A stretch of 64,000 bases of DNA. Origin: Sphingomonas sp. SCN 67-18 (lineage in GTDB: Bacteria; Pseudomonadota; Alphaproteobacteria; Sphingomonadales; Sphingomonadaceae). The position numbers and the translations under genes are program-made. Location: NCBI GenBank assembly GCA_001724715.1, contig MEFG01000025.1, positions 4,017 through 68,016 on the forward strand. Reading direction: 5' to 3'. The notes below the pieces were generated by a model that was not told where the DNA came from, ran no database searches, and saw only the letters and a list, made by a program, of their open reading frames with translations. This document shows, piece after piece, positions 39,750 through 50,827 of the stretch; position 1 is the stretch's first letter, and each line of letters opens with the position of its first letter.

Positions 39750-40334
39750 ATGATCCTGGTCATCGACAATTATGACAGCTTCACCTGGAACCTGGTCCAT
39801 TATCTGATGGAATTGGGGGCGGAGGTGGAGGTCGTGCGCAACGACGCGATCTCCGCCGGGCAGGCGCTGTCGTCGGGCGCGGAGGCGTTGCTGATCTCGC
39901 CCGGGCCGTGCACGCCCAACGAGGCCGGCATCTCGCTGGACGTCGTCGCCGCCTGCGCCGCCGAAAAGCGGCCGCTGCTCGGCGTCTGCCTGGGCCATCA
40001 GGCGATCGGCCAGTTTTTCGGCGGCCGCGTGGTGCGAGGCGGGCTGATGCACGGCAAGACTTCGCCGGTGCTGCACGACGGCACCGGCCTGTTCGCGGGC
40101 CTGCCCTCGCCCTTCACCGCGACCCGTTACCATTCGCTGATCGTCGAGGACATCCCCGGCGCGCTGCTGGTCAACGCAACGGCGGACGACGGCAGCGTGA
40201 TGGGTTTCCGGCATGAAAGCCTGCCCATCCATGGCGTCCAGTTCCACCCCGAAAGCATCGCTACTGACCATGGCCACGCGATGATCGCCAATTTCATGCG
40301 GATCGCCGGCATGAAGGTGAAAGAGCCGACATGA
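39750..40334 (+). CDS. trpG: anthranilate synthase component II (glutamine amidotransferase)
   Basis: Starts [19 protein letters not shown], with LGVCLGHQ and GVQFHPES motifs. It is the in-frame part of ORF 39606..40334. Confidence 0.93.
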   Translation: MILVIDNYDSFTWNLVHYLMELGAEVEVVRNDAISAGQALSSGAEALLISPGPCTPNEAGISLDVVAACAAEKRPLLGVCLGHQAIGQFFGGRVVRGGLMHGKTSPVLHDGTGLFAGLPSPFTATRYHSLIVEDIPGALLVNATADDGSVMGFRHESLPIHGVQFHPESIATDHGHAMIANFMRIAGMKVKEPT

Positions 40335-41315
40335 CCGCCCTGCCCGACGCCGCCGTTCCGCTGGACGAGGCGGAAGCCTTCACCGCCTTCGCCGCCATAT
40401 TGGACGGCCTGGTGGCGGATGAGGAGATCGCCGCCTTTCTGAGCACCATGGCCGATCGCGGCGAGACGGGCACGGAGATCGCCGCCGCCGCGCTGGCGAT
40501 GCGGATGCGGATGAAACCGGTCACCGCCCCGCCCGGCGCAATCGACGTCTGCGGCACGGGCGGAGACGGCAGCCACAGCCTCAACGTCTCCACCGCCGTC
40601 GCCATCGTCGTCGCGGCCTGCGGCGTGCCGGTGGCCAAGCATGGCAATCGCGCCGCCTCCAGCAAGGCGGGCGCGGCCGACACGCTGGAGGCGCTCGGCC
40701 TCGATCTCGCCGTTGCCTTCGACAGCGCGGAACGCAGCCTGGCCGATCTCGGCATCGCCTTCCTCTTCGCCCAGAAATATCATCCCGCGCTCGCCCGCAT
40801 CGCGCCGGTGCGCCGCGCCATCGGCCGCCGGACGATCTTCAACCTGCTCGGCCCCATCGCCAATCCGGCCAGCGTTTCCCGCCAGCTGATCGGCATCGCC
40901 TCGCCCGCGCACATGGCCGCCTATGGCGAGGCGCTGACCTTTCTCGCGCCGGAAGCGGCTGGTGGCGGGCGACGAGCCGCTCGACGAACTGTCGATCAGC
41001 GGCCCGAGCACCGCCGTCCGCATCGGCGCGGCAGGCAACCGGCGCGAACGGCTGACCCCGGCCGACGCCGGCCTGCCCAGCCACCCCATCGAGGCGCTGC
41101 GGGGCGGCGATGCCCGCCACAACGCCGCCGCGCTGCACGCGCTGTTGATGGGGGAGCCGGGCGCCTATCGCGACGCCGTGCTGCTCAACGCCTCCGCCGC
41201 GCTTCAGGTCGCCGGGCGGGCCGAAAATTGGGTCGACGGCGTGGAGGAAGCGGGCGAGGTGATCGACAACGGGCTTGCCAAGGCGCTGCTCGACTGCTGG
41301 ATCGCCTATCGATGA
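40331..41315 (+). pseudogene. trpD: anthranilate phosphoribosyltransferase trpD with an apparent frameshift near 40955-40961
   Basis: The N-terminal 2/3 lies in frame 40331 ([19 protein letters not shown], ..[12 protein letters not shown]). The C-terminal 1/3 ([23 protein letters not shown] ... [10 protein letters not shown]) lies in the frame of ORF 40962..41315. GC3 also switches frame at this point. Confidence 0.8.
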
Positions 41316-42094
41316 CCGACATGCTCGCAACCATCTGCGCCACCAAGCGCGACGAAGTGGTCGCCCGCAAGGCCGCCACCGGCCGTGCCGATCTGGATGC
41401 CGCCATCGCCCGGCAGACGCCGCCGCGCGGGTTCCGCGCCGCGCTGGACGCAAAGACCGGCCCGGCGCTGATCGCCGAGATCAAGAAGGCCAGCCCGTCC
41501 AAGGGGTTGATCCGCGCCGATTTCGATCCCGCCGCCCATGCCCGCGCCTATCAGGCGGGGGGTGCTGCCTGCCTCTCCGTGCTCACCGACGCGCCCTATT
41601 TCCAGGGGCATGAGGATTATCTCGTCGCCGCCCGCGCCGCCTGCGCGCTGCCGGTGCTGCGCAAGGACTTCATGGTCGATCCCTGGCAGGTGGCCGAAGC
41701 GCGGGCGATCGGCGCCGATGCAATCCTGATCATCGTCGCCGCGCTCGACGACGGGCAGATGGCGGAGATAGAGGCCGCCGCCATCGAACAGGGCATGGAT
41801 GCGCTGGTCGAGGTGCACGACGCCGATGAGCTGGACCGCGCGCTGCGCCTCCGCTCCCGGCTGATCGGCGTCAACAACCGCAACCTCAAGACCTTCACGG
41901 TCGATTTCGCCCGCACCTATGAGCTGGTCGGCCGCGCCCCGGCCGGCTGCACCTTCGTCGCGGAAAGCGGGCTCGGCTCCAAGGCGGATCTGGACGCCAT
42001 GGCGGCGCACGGCGTCCACTGCTTCTTGGTCGGCGAGGCGCTGATGCGGCAGGCCGATGTCGAGGCGGCGACGCGGCAATTGCTGGCGGCATGA
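41312..42094 (+). CDS. trpC: indole-3-glycerol phosphate synthase
   Basis: Starts [16 protein letters not shown], with the [12 protein letters not shown] motif. Its ATG forms an ATGA overlap with the stop of the trpD C-terminal frame. Confidence 0.93.
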   Translation: MTDMLATICATKRDEVVARKAATGRADLDAAIARQTPPRGFRAALDAKTGPALIAEIKKASPSKGLIRADFDPAAHARAYQAGGAACLSVLTDAPYFQGHEDYLVAARAACALPVLRKDFMVDPWQVAEARAIGADAILIIVAALDDGQMAEIEAAAIEQGMDALVEVHDADELDRALRLRSRLIGVNNRNLKTFTVDFARTYELVGRAPAGCTFVAESGLGSKADLDAMAAHGVHCFLVGEALMRQADVEAATRQLLAA

Positions 42095-42564
42095 GCGGGC
42101 TCACCCATCTCGGCCCCGACGGCGCGGCCCGCATGGTCGATGTCGGCGGCAAGGCGGTGACGGCGCGCGAGGCGGTGGCGACCGGGCGGATCGCGATGAG
42201 CCACGATGCCGCCGCCGCCATCCGGGGCGGGCTGGCCGAAAAGGGCGACGTGCTGGCCGTGGCCCGCGTGGCGGGCATCATGGCGGCGAAGAAGACCAGC
42301 GATCTCATCCCGCTCTGCCACCCCCTGCCGCTCTCCTCGGTCTCCGTCGATCTCACCCTTGACGATGAAGGCGTCACCGCCACCGCCACCGCGCGGACCA
42401 GCGGCCAGACCGGGGTGGAGATGGAAGCGATGACGGCGGTCGGCGTCGCGCTGCTGACGGTGTACGACATGGCGAAGGCGCTCGACCGGGCGATGGTGAT
42501 CGGCCAGGTCCGCCTGCTCGCCAAGAGCGGCGGCAAATCCGGCGACTGGCGCGCCGATCCATGA
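42091..42564 (+). CDS. moaC: cyclic pyranopterin monophosphate synthase MoaC
   Basis: 157 aa. Carries the conserved MVDVGGK ... LIPLCHPL ... TGVEMEA blocks. Confidence 0.93.
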   Translation: MSGLTHLGPDGAARMVDVGGKAVTAREAVATGRIAMSHDAAAAIRGGLAEKGDVLAVARVAGIMAAKKTSDLIPLCHPLPLSSVSVDLTLDDEGVTATATARTSGQTGVEMEAMTAVGVALLTVYDMAKALDRAMVIGQVRLLAKSGGKSGDWRADP

Positions 42565-43751
42565 GCAAATTGCTGCCGTTCGAGGCCGCGCTGGAAAGGC
42601 TGGTCGCGCTGGCTGACCCCGTTCCTGCCGAAACGGTGGCGATTGCGGAGGCCGGCGGCCGCTGGGCGCGGGCGGACGTGATCGCCCGGGGCGCCCAGCC
42701 CTTTGCCGATCTTTCCGCGATGGACGGCTACGCCATCCGCTTCGCCGACCTGCCCGGCCCGTGGACGGTGATCGGCGAGGCGGCGGCGGGGCTGGCGCTG
42801 GATCGCCCGGTCGGCCCCGGCGAGGCGGCGCGCATCTTCACCGGCGCGCCGGTGCCCGACGGCGCGGATACCGTGCTCATTCAGGAAGAAACGGCGCGCG
42901 ACGGCGCGCGGCTGGCGCTGGCGGGGGAAGGTCCGCCCCATGTCGGACGGCATATCCGCCGGGCGGGATCCAACTTCGCGGACGGCGCCGTGCTGGTCGC
43001 GGCGGGGGAACGGCTCTCCCCGGCGCGCATCGCGCTTTCGGTGCTGGGCGGCCATGGCCGGCTGACCGTCAACCGCCGCATCAAGGCGGTCATCCTGTCG
43101 ACCGGCGACGAGCTGGTGCCACCGGGTGAACCCGCCACCGGCGCGCGGATCAACGCCTCCAACGGCCCGATGCTCGCCGCGATGCTGGCGCACCTGCCGG
43201 TCGATATCGAGGATCGCGGCATCGTGCCCGACGATGCCGATGCGCTGCGAAACGCCTTCGCCGCCGCCGGGGATGCGGACCTGCTGATCACCAGCGGCGG
43301 GGCGTCGGTGGGCGATCATGATCTCGTCCGCCCGGCGCTCGAGGCGGCGGGCGCGGCCATCGATTTCTGGAAGATCGCGATGCGCCCGGGCAAGCCGCTG
43401 ATGGCGGGGCGGATGGGGCAAACGGCGGTGGTCGGCCTGCCCGGCAATCCGGTCTCGGCCTTCGTCACCGCCCGGCTGTTCGTCGAGCCGATGGTCGCCG
43501 CGCTCGCGGGCAGCGCCACCGCCGGGGCGCTGCCCTTCCGCGCCGGCACGCTGGGCGCGGCCATGCCCGCCAACGGCCCGCGCACCAATTTCATCCGCGC
43601 GACGATGCAGGCCAACCGCCTGCACCCCATAGACAATCAGGACAGCGCGGCCCTCTCCGCGCTGGCGCTGGCCGAGGCGCTGATCGTCCGTCCCCCCTCT
43701 GCCCCGCCCGCCGCGCCGGGCGACTCGGTGGAATTCCTGTCCATCGCTTGA
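42561..43751 (+). CDS. moeA: molybdopterin molybdotransferase MoeA
   Basis: 396 aa. Carries [15 protein letters not shown] and [12 protein letters not shown] motifs. Confidence 0.92.
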   Translation: MSKLLPFEAALERLVALADPVPAETVAIAEAGGRWARADVIARGAQPFADLSAMDGYAIRFADLPGPWTVIGEAAAGLALDRPVGPGEAARIFTGAPVPDGADTVLIQEETARDGARLALAGEGPPHVGRHIRRAGSNFADGAVLVAAGERLSPARIALSVLGGHGRLTVNRRIKAVILSTGDELVPPGEPATGARINASNGPMLAAMLAHLPVDIEDRGIVPDDADALRNAFAAAGDADLLITSGGASVGDHDLVRPALEAAGAAIDFWKIAMRPGKPLMAGRMGQTAVVGLPGNPVSAFVTARLFVEPMVAALAGSATAGALPFRAGTLGAAMPANGPRTNFIRATMQANRLHPIDNQDSAALSALALAEALIVRPPSAPPAAPGDSVEFLSIA

Positions 43752-43775
43752 CGAAGCGCATAATGTTGCCTACAC

Positions 43776-43790
43776 GTTCCTCGTTCGTTC
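43776..43790 (+). promoter_or_regulatory. alphaproteobacterial SOS box GTTC-N7-GTTC upstream of lexA
   Basis: GTTCCTCGTTCGTTC lies ~20 nt upstream of the lexA start codon and matches the direct-repeat LexA operator of Alphaproteobacteria. Confidence 0.85.
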
Positions 43791-43811
43791 CCCGGACGGA
43801 GGATGGTCCCG

Positions 43812-44480
43812 ATGCTGACGCGCAAGCAGCATGAACTGGTGTGCTTCATTCATGATCGGCTCGCCGAAACCGGCGTCTCGCCCTCGTTCGAGGAAATGAA
43901 GGAGGCGCTGGACCTGAAATCCAAGTCCGGCGTCCACCGGCTGATCAGCGCGCTGGAAGAACGGGCCTTCATCCGCCGCCTGCCCAATCGCGCCCGCGCG
44001 CTCGAGATTCTGCGGATGCCAGAGCGGGCGGAACAACGCCCCGCGCCCAAGGCCGCGCCGCAGCCCAATGTCGCCCGGCAAACGCCGATCGCCGCCAACG
44101 ACGTGCTGGAAATCCCGCTGCACGGCCGCATCGCCGCCGGCGTGCCGATCGAAGCGCTGGAAGGGCAGAGCATGTTGTCCGTGCCGGCCGCGCTGCTCGG
44201 CTCGGGCGAGCATTATGCGCTGGAAGTCGCCGGCGATTCGATGGTCGAGGCGGGCATATTGGACGGCGACTATGCGCTCATCCGCCGCGCCGACACCGCG
44301 CGCGACGGCCAGATCGTGGTCGCGCTGGTCGACGATCATGAGGCGACGCTCAAATATTTCCGCCGCGAAGGCGCGATGATCCGGCTCGATCCGGCCAACC
44401 GCGCCTATGATCCGCAGCGCTACAGCCCGGCCCAGGTCCGCGTGCAGGGCTGCCTCGCCGGCCTGCTCCGCCGTTACTGA
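43812..44480 (+). CDS. lexA: LexA repressor
   Basis: Starts [17 protein letters not shown] (HTH). The C-terminal S24 peptidase domain carries [18 protein letters not shown] lies 9 nt upstream of the ATG at 43812; the ATG at 43803 is the alternative. Confidence 0.95.
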   Translation: MLTRKQHELVCFIHDRLAETGVSPSFEEMKEALDLKSKSGVHRLISALEERAFIRRLPNRARALEILRMPERAEQRPAPKAAPQPNVARQTPIAANDVLEIPLHGRIAAGVPIEALEGQSMLSVPAALLGSGEHYALEVAGDSMVEAGILDGDYALIRRADTARDGQIVVALVDDHEATLKYFRREGAMIRLDPANRAYDPQRYSPAQVRVQGCLAGLLRRY

Positions 44481-46627
44481 CGCGCCGCGCGGCGCGCGAC
44501 GGCCCAGGGGTGGTCGCCGTCCGGTCCGGCGACGCTGCTGACGCTGGCGGCGGACAGGTCGATCGACAGCCCGCCGGTCCGCGCCAATAATGTCCGGTCC
44601 GCCTTTATCCAGCGCGGCGCGCAGGATCGCAGCAAGCGCCGGTCGCTGACGACGATGTCCGCCTCGCGGCAGGCGCGGGCAAGCGCGTCGATCGGCAGGT
44701 GATAGTCGCTCCGCGTCGCCAGCACCCGCCAGCGCCGTTCGCCCCGCATCAGCTCCACCGCGCACATGTCCGGTCCGCAGCGCGCGCCGTCCAGCCGGTC
44801 GAGCGCGTCGAGCGGCCCGTCGACCCCCGCCGATTCCGCGAGCAGGCCCTGCACATAGTCCCCCGCCCGCGGCCGCAGCAGCGCATAGCCGCCGTCATCG
44901 CCGCGCACCGCCAGATGCTTGCCGTCCCCGGTCACCAGCAGGTCAGGCGCGGGGCTGGCCAGCGCCCAGGCCGCGCCCGCGGCAAGCGGCAGCAGCCCGG
45001 CCATCCGCAAACCGCCTTTCCACAGGCTTATCCACAATCCGCCGCCCACCATCAGCGCAAAGGCGACGCGCGGCATCGACGCCAGCGATGCGACCGCCCC
45101 CGGCGCGTCGGACACCCCGTGCGCCAGCGCCAGCAGCCCGGCCAGCGCCTTGCCGGTCAGCCACCAGAACGGACCGCCCAGCCCCACCCCATCGAACGCC
45201 AGCGCCAGCGCCTCCAGCGGCATGATGACGAAGGTGGTCAGCGGTATGGCGACGATATTGGCAAAAGCGCCGTACAGGCCGGAACGGTGGAAATGGAACA
45301 GCGCGATCGGCGCCAGCGCCACCTCCACCACCAGCCCGGTCAGCAGCAACCCGGTCAGCGCCCGGCCGGCCCGCCACGGCCGGCTCTCATCCCGCCGCGC
45401 GAGCAATGCCTTGATCCGGGGCTGTTCATGCAGCGCGACGATGGCGGTGACGGCGGCAAAGCTCAGCTGGAAGCTCGCGCCGACCAGCGACTCGGGCCAG
45501 AACAGCAGCACCACCAGCGCGCCCGCCGCCACCAGCCGTAGGGTAATCGCCTCCCGGCCCAGCGACAGTCCGGCCAGCACCAGCAGCGCGGCGACGCAGG
45601 AACGGACGGTCGGCACCTCCGCGCCGGTCAGCAAGGTATAACCGATGCCGGTCAGCGCCCCCGCCCCGGCCGCAATCGGCAGCAACGGCCAGCCCAGCGC
45701 CAGCCGGGGGCTGAGCGCGAGCAGGCGCAGCACGATCAGCATCGCGAAACCCACCGCCGCCGTGATGTGCAGGCCGCTGACCGACAGCAGATGCGCCAGC
45801 CCGGCCCGGCGCATCGCCTCCGCATCCGCATCCGGCATCGCGCCCTGGTCCCCCGTCGCCAGCGCGGTGGCGATCGCGCCCGCGCCGCCCGCCAGCCGCT
45901 GCTGGATATGCGCGGCCAGCCGGTCGCGCAGCGACGCCCCCTCCGTTCCGCGCACGACTCGCTCGACCGGCGCAAAGCCCCGCCCGGTCGCGCCGATGCC
46001 CTGGAACCACGCGATCCGCGAAAAATCATAAGCCCCGGGCAGTGCCGCGCCGGGCGGCGGCATCAGCCGCGCGCGCAGCCGGATGCGGTCGCCCGCCGCC
46101 AGGTCCACCGGCGCATCCCCGGCGGCGATGTTGACGCGAACGCGCAGCGGCAGGGCGGGCGCGTCAACCGGGCGCAACAGCACGCGCACACTGTCCCGCG
46201 CCGCCAGCCGCTGCACGCTCACCACATCGGCCGTCATCGAGGCGATCGTGACATGGGGCAGCACCGGGGCCGTCGCCCGAGTCGCCTTCAGCCAGATCAG
46301 CCCGCACCCCGCCGCCAGGGCAAGGCCGAACAGCAGCATCGCCCGCCCCGCCCGCCGCTGTCGCCCCAGCGCGACGCCCAGCGCGGATAGCGCCGCACCT
46401 GTCAGGATCAGCGCCGTCCAGCCCCGGGAATCGGCGAGGATGAACCAGCCCGCAATGCCCATCCCCAGCGCCACCGGCAGCCACAGCGGCAGCTGGTCCC
46501 GCTCCGCCTCCAGCACCGCTTCAAGCCGATCGGCAATCCCGCGCAGGCAGCCCCGCCATTCCCCCAAAGGCGCGGTTTGTCGCGTCTGGGAAGCCATGCT
46601 AGGGGCGTCGCCGGTCATGTTGGCCAT
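44474..46627 (-). CDS. comEC: ComEC/Rec2 family competence/DNA internalisation membrane protein
   Basis: 717-aa polytopic protein with a Competence-domain pattern ([12 protein letters not shown]). It is convergent with lexA and overlaps it by 7 nt. Confidence 0.85.
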   Translation of the reverse strand: MANMTGDAPSMASQTRQTAPLGEWRGCLRGIADRLEAVLEAERDQLPLWLPVALGMGIAGWFILADSRGWTALILTGAALSALGVALGRQRRAGRAMLLFGLALAAGCGLIWLKATRATAPVLPHVTIASMTADVVSVQRLAARDSVRVLLRPVDAPALPLRVRVNIAAGDAPVDLAAGDRIRLRARLMPPPGAALPGAYDFSRIAWFQGIGATGRGFAPVERVVRGTEGASLRDRLAAHIQQRLAGGAGAIATALATGDQGAMPDADAEAMRRAGLAHLLSVSGLHITAAVGFAMLIVLRLLALSPRLALGWPLLPIAAGAGALTGIGYTLLTGAEVPTVRSCVAALLVLAGLSLGREAITLRLVAAGALVVLLFWPESLVGASFQLSFAAVTAIVALHEQPRIKALLARRDESRPWRAGRALTGLLLTGLVVEVALAPIALFHFHRSGLYGAFANIVAIPLTTFVIMPLEALALAFDGVGLGGPFWWLTGKALAGLLALAHGVSDAPGAVASLASMPRVAFALMVGGGLWISLWKGGLRMAGLLPLAAGAAWALASPAPDLLVTGDGKHLAVRGDDGGYALLRPRAGDYVQGLLAESAGVDGPLDALDRLDGARCGPDMCAVELMRGERRWRVLATRSDYHLPIDALARACREADIVVSDRRLLRSCAPRWIKADRTLLARTGGLSIDLSAASVSSVAGPDGDHPWAVARRAARQ

Positions 46628-46654
46628 TCATCCCCAGCCTGGGAGCAACCGCGC

Positions 46655-48118
46655 GTGAGCGCAAGCACCGATCCTCGCCCGGAAAATACGCCGGTCATCA
46701 CCCGTTTCGCCCCGTCCCCCACGGGTTTCCTGCACATTGGCGGCGCGCGCACCGCGCTGTTCAACTGGCTGTTCGCCCGCCACCATGGCGGCCAGTTCAA
46801 GCTCAGGATCGAGGATACGGACAAGGTCCGCTCCACCCAGGCGGCAATCGACGCGATTCTCGATGGAATGAAGTGGCTTGGGCTGGATTGGGATGGGGAA
46901 GCCGTGTTCCAGTCCCAGCGCGCCGCGCGCCATGTCGCGGTGGTCGAGGCCATGCTCGCCAGCGGCGACGCCTATCGCTGCTACGCCACGCCCGAGGAGC
47001 TGGCCGAAATGCGCGAGGCGCAGCGCGCCGCGAAGCAGCCGATGCGCTATGACGGCCGCTGGCGCGATCGCGATCCGGCAGATGCGCCCGCCGGCGCGCC
47101 GGGCGCGCCGTTCAGCGTGCGGCTGCGCGCCGCGCAGGATGGCGAGACCACCATCGTCGATGCCGTGCAAGGCCCGGTCACGGTCCGCAATGCCGAGCTT
47201 GACGATATGGTCCTGCTCCGTTCGGACGGCACGCCCACCTATATGCTGGCGGTGGTGGTGGACGATCATGACATGGGCGTCACCCACGTCATCCGCGGCG
47301 ACGATCATCTGAACAACGCCTTTCGCCAGCTGGGCATCATCCGCGCCATGGGCTGGCCGGAACCGACCTATGCGCACGTCCCGCTCATCCACGGCGCGGA
47401 CGGCGCAAAACTGTCCAAGCGCCACGGCGCGCTGGGCGTGGAGGCCTATCGAGACGATATGGGCGTGCTGCCGGAGGCGCTGACCAACTATCTGCTCCGG
47501 CTGGGCTGGGGGCATGGCGACGATGAGATCATCAGCACCGCCCAGGCGATCAAATGGTTCGACATCGACGCCGTCGGCCGATCGCCGTCGCGTTTCGACC
47601 TGAAAAAGCTTGAGAATCTGAACGGCCACTATCTGCGCGAAGCGGAAGACGCCCGCCTGGCCGGGCTGGTCGCCCCCCGCGTCGCCGCGCTGATCGGCCG
47701 GGACGTAACGGAAAATGAGGCCGCCCTGCTCACCGCCGCCATGGCGTCGCTCAAGCCGCGCGCCAGGACGCTGGACGAAATCGCCGATGGCGCATTGTTC
47801 TTGTTCAGAAAGCGCCCGCTTGATCTCGACGAAAAGGCATCGGCTCTGCTAGATGCCGCTGCCCGAACGCTGATGCAAATGGCCCACCAGGCGTTGTCCG
47901 CCGTGCAGCCATGGGCCGCTGAGCCGCTGGAACAGGCGGTGCGTCGGGTGGCGGAGGATGCCGGGATAGGCCTTGGCAAGGTGGCGCAGCCGTTGCGGGC
48001 GGCGCTGACCGGACGGGCGACTTCGCCCGGGATTTTTGATGTGCTGGTGTTGCTGGGGCGCGATGAATCGCTGGCCCGGCTGGCGGATTGCCAGGCCCCG
48101 GCGCGAGATTTGAAGTAG
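46655..48118 (+). CDS. gltX: glutamate--tRNA ligase
   Basis: [11 protein letters not shown] (HIGH) and KLSKR (KMSKS) motifs are present. The GTG at 46655 has GGGAG upstream. The longer ORF from 46577 would overlap comEC. Confidence 0.92.
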   Translation: MSASTDPRPENTPVITRFAPSPTGFLHIGGARTALFNWLFARHHGGQFKLRIEDTDKVRSTQAAIDAILDGMKWLGLDWDGEAVFQSQRAARHVAVVEAMLASGDAYRCYATPEELAEMREAQRAAKQPMRYDGRWRDRDPADAPAGAPGAPFSVRLRAAQDGETTIVDAVQGPVTVRNAELDDMVLLRSDGTPTYMLAVVVDDHDMGVTHVIRGDDHLNNAFRQLGIIRAMGWPEPTYAHVPLIHGADGAKLSKRHGALGVEAYRDDMGVLPEALTNYLLRLGWGHGDDEIISTAQAIKWFDIDAVGRSPSRFDLKKLENLNGHYLREAEDARLAGLVAPRVAALIGRDVTENEAALLTAAMASLKPRARTLDEIADGALFLFRKRPLDLDEKASALLDAAARTLMQMAHQALSAVQPWAAEPLEQAVRRVAEDAGIGLGKVAQPLRAALTGRATSPGIFDVLVLLGRDESLARLADCQAPARDLK

Positions 48119-48127
48119 GAGCTGAAT

Positions 48128-49414
48128 ATGGGTGACGGAACCGCCAAGCTGGCGCTGAATGGCAAGGATATGGACCTTCCGGTCATGGCCGGATCGGTCG
48201 GGCCCGACGTGGTCGATATCCGAAAGCTCTACGGCCAGTCCGGCGCATTCACCTACGATCCCGGCTTCACCTCCACCGCGAGCTGCGAGTCGAAGATCAC
48301 CTATATCGACGGCGACAAGGGCGTGCTGCTGCACCGCGGATACCCCATCGAGCAGCTGGCCGAACAGTCCAGCTTCATGGAAGTCGCCTATCTGCTGCTG
48401 AACGGCGAGCTGCCCAACAAGGGCACGCTGGACAAGTTCGTCTACACCATCAGCCGCCACACCATGGTGCATGAGCAGCTGGCCCAGTTCTATCGCGGTT
48501 TCCGGCGCGACGCGCACCCGATGGCCATCATGTGCGGCGTCATCGGCGCGCTCAGCGCCTTCTACCATGATTCCACCGACATCACCGACCCGCAGCAGCG
48601 GATGATCGCCAGCCACCGGCTGATCGCCAAGATGCCGACGCTGGCGGCGATGGCCTATAAATATTCGCAGGGCCAGCCCTTCGTCTATCCGCGCAACGAC
48701 CTGAGCTATACCGCTAATTTCCTGCGCATGACCTTCGCGGTCCCGGCCGAGGATTATGTGGTCGATCCGGTCATCGAGGCGGCGATGGACAAGATCTTCA
48801 TCCTCCATGCCGATCATGAGCAGAACGCGTCCACCTCAACCGTCCGCCTGGCCGGTTCGTCGGGGGCCAACCCCTTCGCCTGCATCGCCGCCGGCATCGC
48901 CTGCCTGTGGGGGCCCGCGCATGGCGGCGCCAACGAGGCCGCGCTCAACATGCTGCGCGAAATCGGCACGCCGTCGCGCATCCCGGAATATATCGCCCGC
49001 GCCAAGAACAAGGACGATCCGTTCCGCCTGATGGGTTTCGGCCACCGCGTGTACAAGAATTTCGATCCGCGCGCGAAGGTGCTGTCCAAGGCGGCGAGCG
49101 AGGTGCTGGACAAGCTGGGCATCAGCGATCCGGTGCTGGATACCGCCCGCGAACTGGAGCAGCTGGCGCTCAAGGACCAGTATTTCATCGACAAGAAGCT
49201 GTACCCGAACGTCGATTTCTATTCGGGCGTGATCCTGTCGGCCATCGGCTTCCCGACCTCGATGTTCACCGTGCTGTTCGCCCTCGCCCGCACCGTCGGC
49301 TGGGTCGCGCAGTGGAACGAGATGATCTCCGATCCCGATCAGAAGATCGGCCGTCCGCGCCAGCTCTATGTCGGGGCGACCCAGCGCGATTACGTGCCCT
49401 GCGACAAGCGTTGA
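48128..49414 (+). CDS. gltA: citrate synthase
   Basis: 428 aa. Typical type II citrate synthase blocks are present ([19 protein letters not shown]). Confidence 0.96.
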   Translation: MGDGTAKLALNGKDMDLPVMAGSVGPDVVDIRKLYGQSGAFTYDPGFTSTASCESKITYIDGDKGVLLHRGYPIEQLAEQSSFMEVAYLLLNGELPNKGTLDKFVYTISRHTMVHEQLAQFYRGFRRDAHPMAIMCGVIGALSAFYHDSTDITDPQQRMIASHRLIAKMPTLAAMAYKYSQGQPFVYPRNDLSYTANFLRMTFAVPAEDYVVDPVIEAAMDKIFILHADHEQNASTSTVRLAGSSGANPFACIAAGIACLWGPAHGGANEAALNMLREIGTPSRIPEYIARAKNKDDPFRLMGFGHRVYKNFDPRAKVLSKAASEVLDKLGISDPVLDTARELEQLALKDQYFIDKKLYPNVDFYSGVILSAIGFPTSMFTVLFALARTVGWVAQWNEMISDPDQKIGRPRQLYVGATQRDYVPCDKR

Positions 49415-49474
49415 TCCCATCCCGCGCGCGCCCGGCGCCGGCCCGGCCGGCGTCGGCGCGCCGCCGGGGCGCGG

Positions 49475-50827
49475 TCAACCCGCCAGCGGCAATGTGAAGA
49501 CGAAGCGCGCGCCCTGCCCGGCGGCGCTGTCCACCGCAATGTCGCCGCCCATCGCCCGCGCCAGCCGCCGGGCGATGTAGAGGCCAAGGCCGCTGCCTGC
49601 CGAATCGGTCAGGCCCAGCCTCTCGAATTTCTCGAAGATGCGGGCATGGTCGGCCGGGTCGATGCCGCGCCCCTGATCGGCGACGATGACCACCGCCAGA
49701 TCCTCCTCGCGCTCCACCCGCACCCAGATCATCCCGCCATCCGGGGAGTGGCGCACCGCATTGCCGATCAGATTGACCAGAATCTGCAACGCGCGGCGGA
49801 AATCGCCGGTCGCCGGCAGGCTCTCGTCGCTGTCCGGCGCATCGATGGTCACCGCCCGCGCGGCGGCGCGCACCGTCAGCAGGCCGGATGCCCGGCGGGC
49901 AAGGTCGGCCAGGTCCAGCGGTTCGGCGGCCGGGGCGAAATCGGGCCGCTCGATCGCCTGCAGGTCGACCAGATCGTCGACCAGCGCGAGCAGATGCCGC
50001 CCGGCGCTGGCGATGTCGGTCGCATAGTCGGCATAGTCGGCGCGCAACGGCCCGTCGACGCGCGCGCCGATCATCTCCGCGCTGGCGACGATCCGCCCCA
50101 GCGGCTGGCGCAGGGCCGCATCCAGCCGCTCGCCAAATGCGTCGGCGGGGGCTGCCGCCGCCCCGGACTCCAGCGGCGCGGAGGGGACGTCCGCGACCGC
50201 GCTGCCGCGATAGCCGGAAAAGCGGCCGCGCCCGTCGATCAGCGGCACCGCCGCCAGCCGGACGGGCGCGCCGGTCGCCCGCACCTCGGCGGCCTGCCCG
50301 TCGAACCGGCGCTGGGCGGCCAGCGCCTCGAGGATCGGCAGTGCCCCGTCCGCCGATTCGACGAAATGGAACAGCGCGGTCAGCGGCCGTCCCAGCATGT
50401 CGCCCGGCAAGATCTGGTCCTGATCGGCAGAAAGCGCGGTCAGCCGCAGGCCGTCGTCGGTTTCCCACAGCCAGTCGGCGGTCGTCCGCATGAAATCATG
50501 GTCGCGCTCGCGCTGCACCGGCGCGGGCGCGGCGCGGGCCGGGCGGTGGGTCCAGCCGCCAATGGCCAGCGCGATGGCGTCGCCCTCCGGCCGGGCGCGC
50601 ACCCACAGGTCAAGATCATGGTCGCCATCGGCGGCGATGACGCCGCGCGAGACCAGCAGGTTCAGCCGCCGCGCCAGCCGCGCCAGCGCCGCGATCTGCG
50701 GAATGGCGACGACACCCCCCGGCTCCCCGCCGGCGCGGAGATGCAGCGCCAGCAACGGCTCGTCCGCCGCCACCAGCCGCCCGTCGCGGTCGATGACGCC
50801 GCGCACGGTATCGCCCGGGCCGGTCAT
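49475..50827 (-). CDS. PAS-domain histidine-kinase-like protein; ATPase domain intact, H-box His apparently replaced
   Basis: The N, G1 and G2 boxes are present (LIGNAVRHSP, DQGRGI, GSGLGL). The DHp helix reads FGERLDAALRQPLGRIVASAEMI where SHELRTPL is expected. The start MTGPGDTV forms an ATGA overlap with the upstream gene. Confidence 0.75.
   Translation of the reverse strand: MTGPGDTVRGVIDRDGRLVAADEPLLALHLRAGGEPGGVVAIPQIAALARLARRLNLLVSRGVIAADGDHDLDLWVRARPEGDAIALAIGGWTHRPARAAPAPVQRERDHDFMRTTADWLWETDDGLRLTALSADQDQILPGDMLGRPLTALFHFVESADGALPILEALAAQRRFDGQAAEVRATGAPVRLAAVPLIDGRGRFSGYRGSAVADVPSAPLESGAAAAPADAFGERLDAALRQPLGRIVASAEMIGARVDGPLRADYADYATDIASAGRHLLALVDDLVDLQAIERPDFAPAAEPLDLADLARRASGLLTVRAAARAVTIDAPDSDESLPATGDFRRALQILVNLIGNAVRHSPDGGMIWVRVEREEDLAVVIVADQGRGIDPADHARIFEKFERLGLTDSAGSGLGLYIARRLARAMGGDIAVDSAAGQGARFVFTLPLAG

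Noticed and set aside
40331-42094. A 587-aa ORF that looks like a TrpD-TrpC fusion protein.
   Set aside because: The middle ~120 residues are Arg-rich nonsense from an out-of-frame read of the trpD 3' third. The true TrpD C-terminus is in the frame of ORF 40962..41315, and trpC has its own ATG in an ATGA overlap at 41312.
49423-49473. A GC-rich imperfect hairpin (CGCGCCCGGCG ... CGCCGGGGCGCG) between convergent gltA and the kinase-like gene, considered as a bidirectional terminator.
   Set aside because: The stem has a bulge and there is no U-tract on either side. In ~70% GC intergenic DNA such pairings arise easily, so it is not strong enough to annotate.
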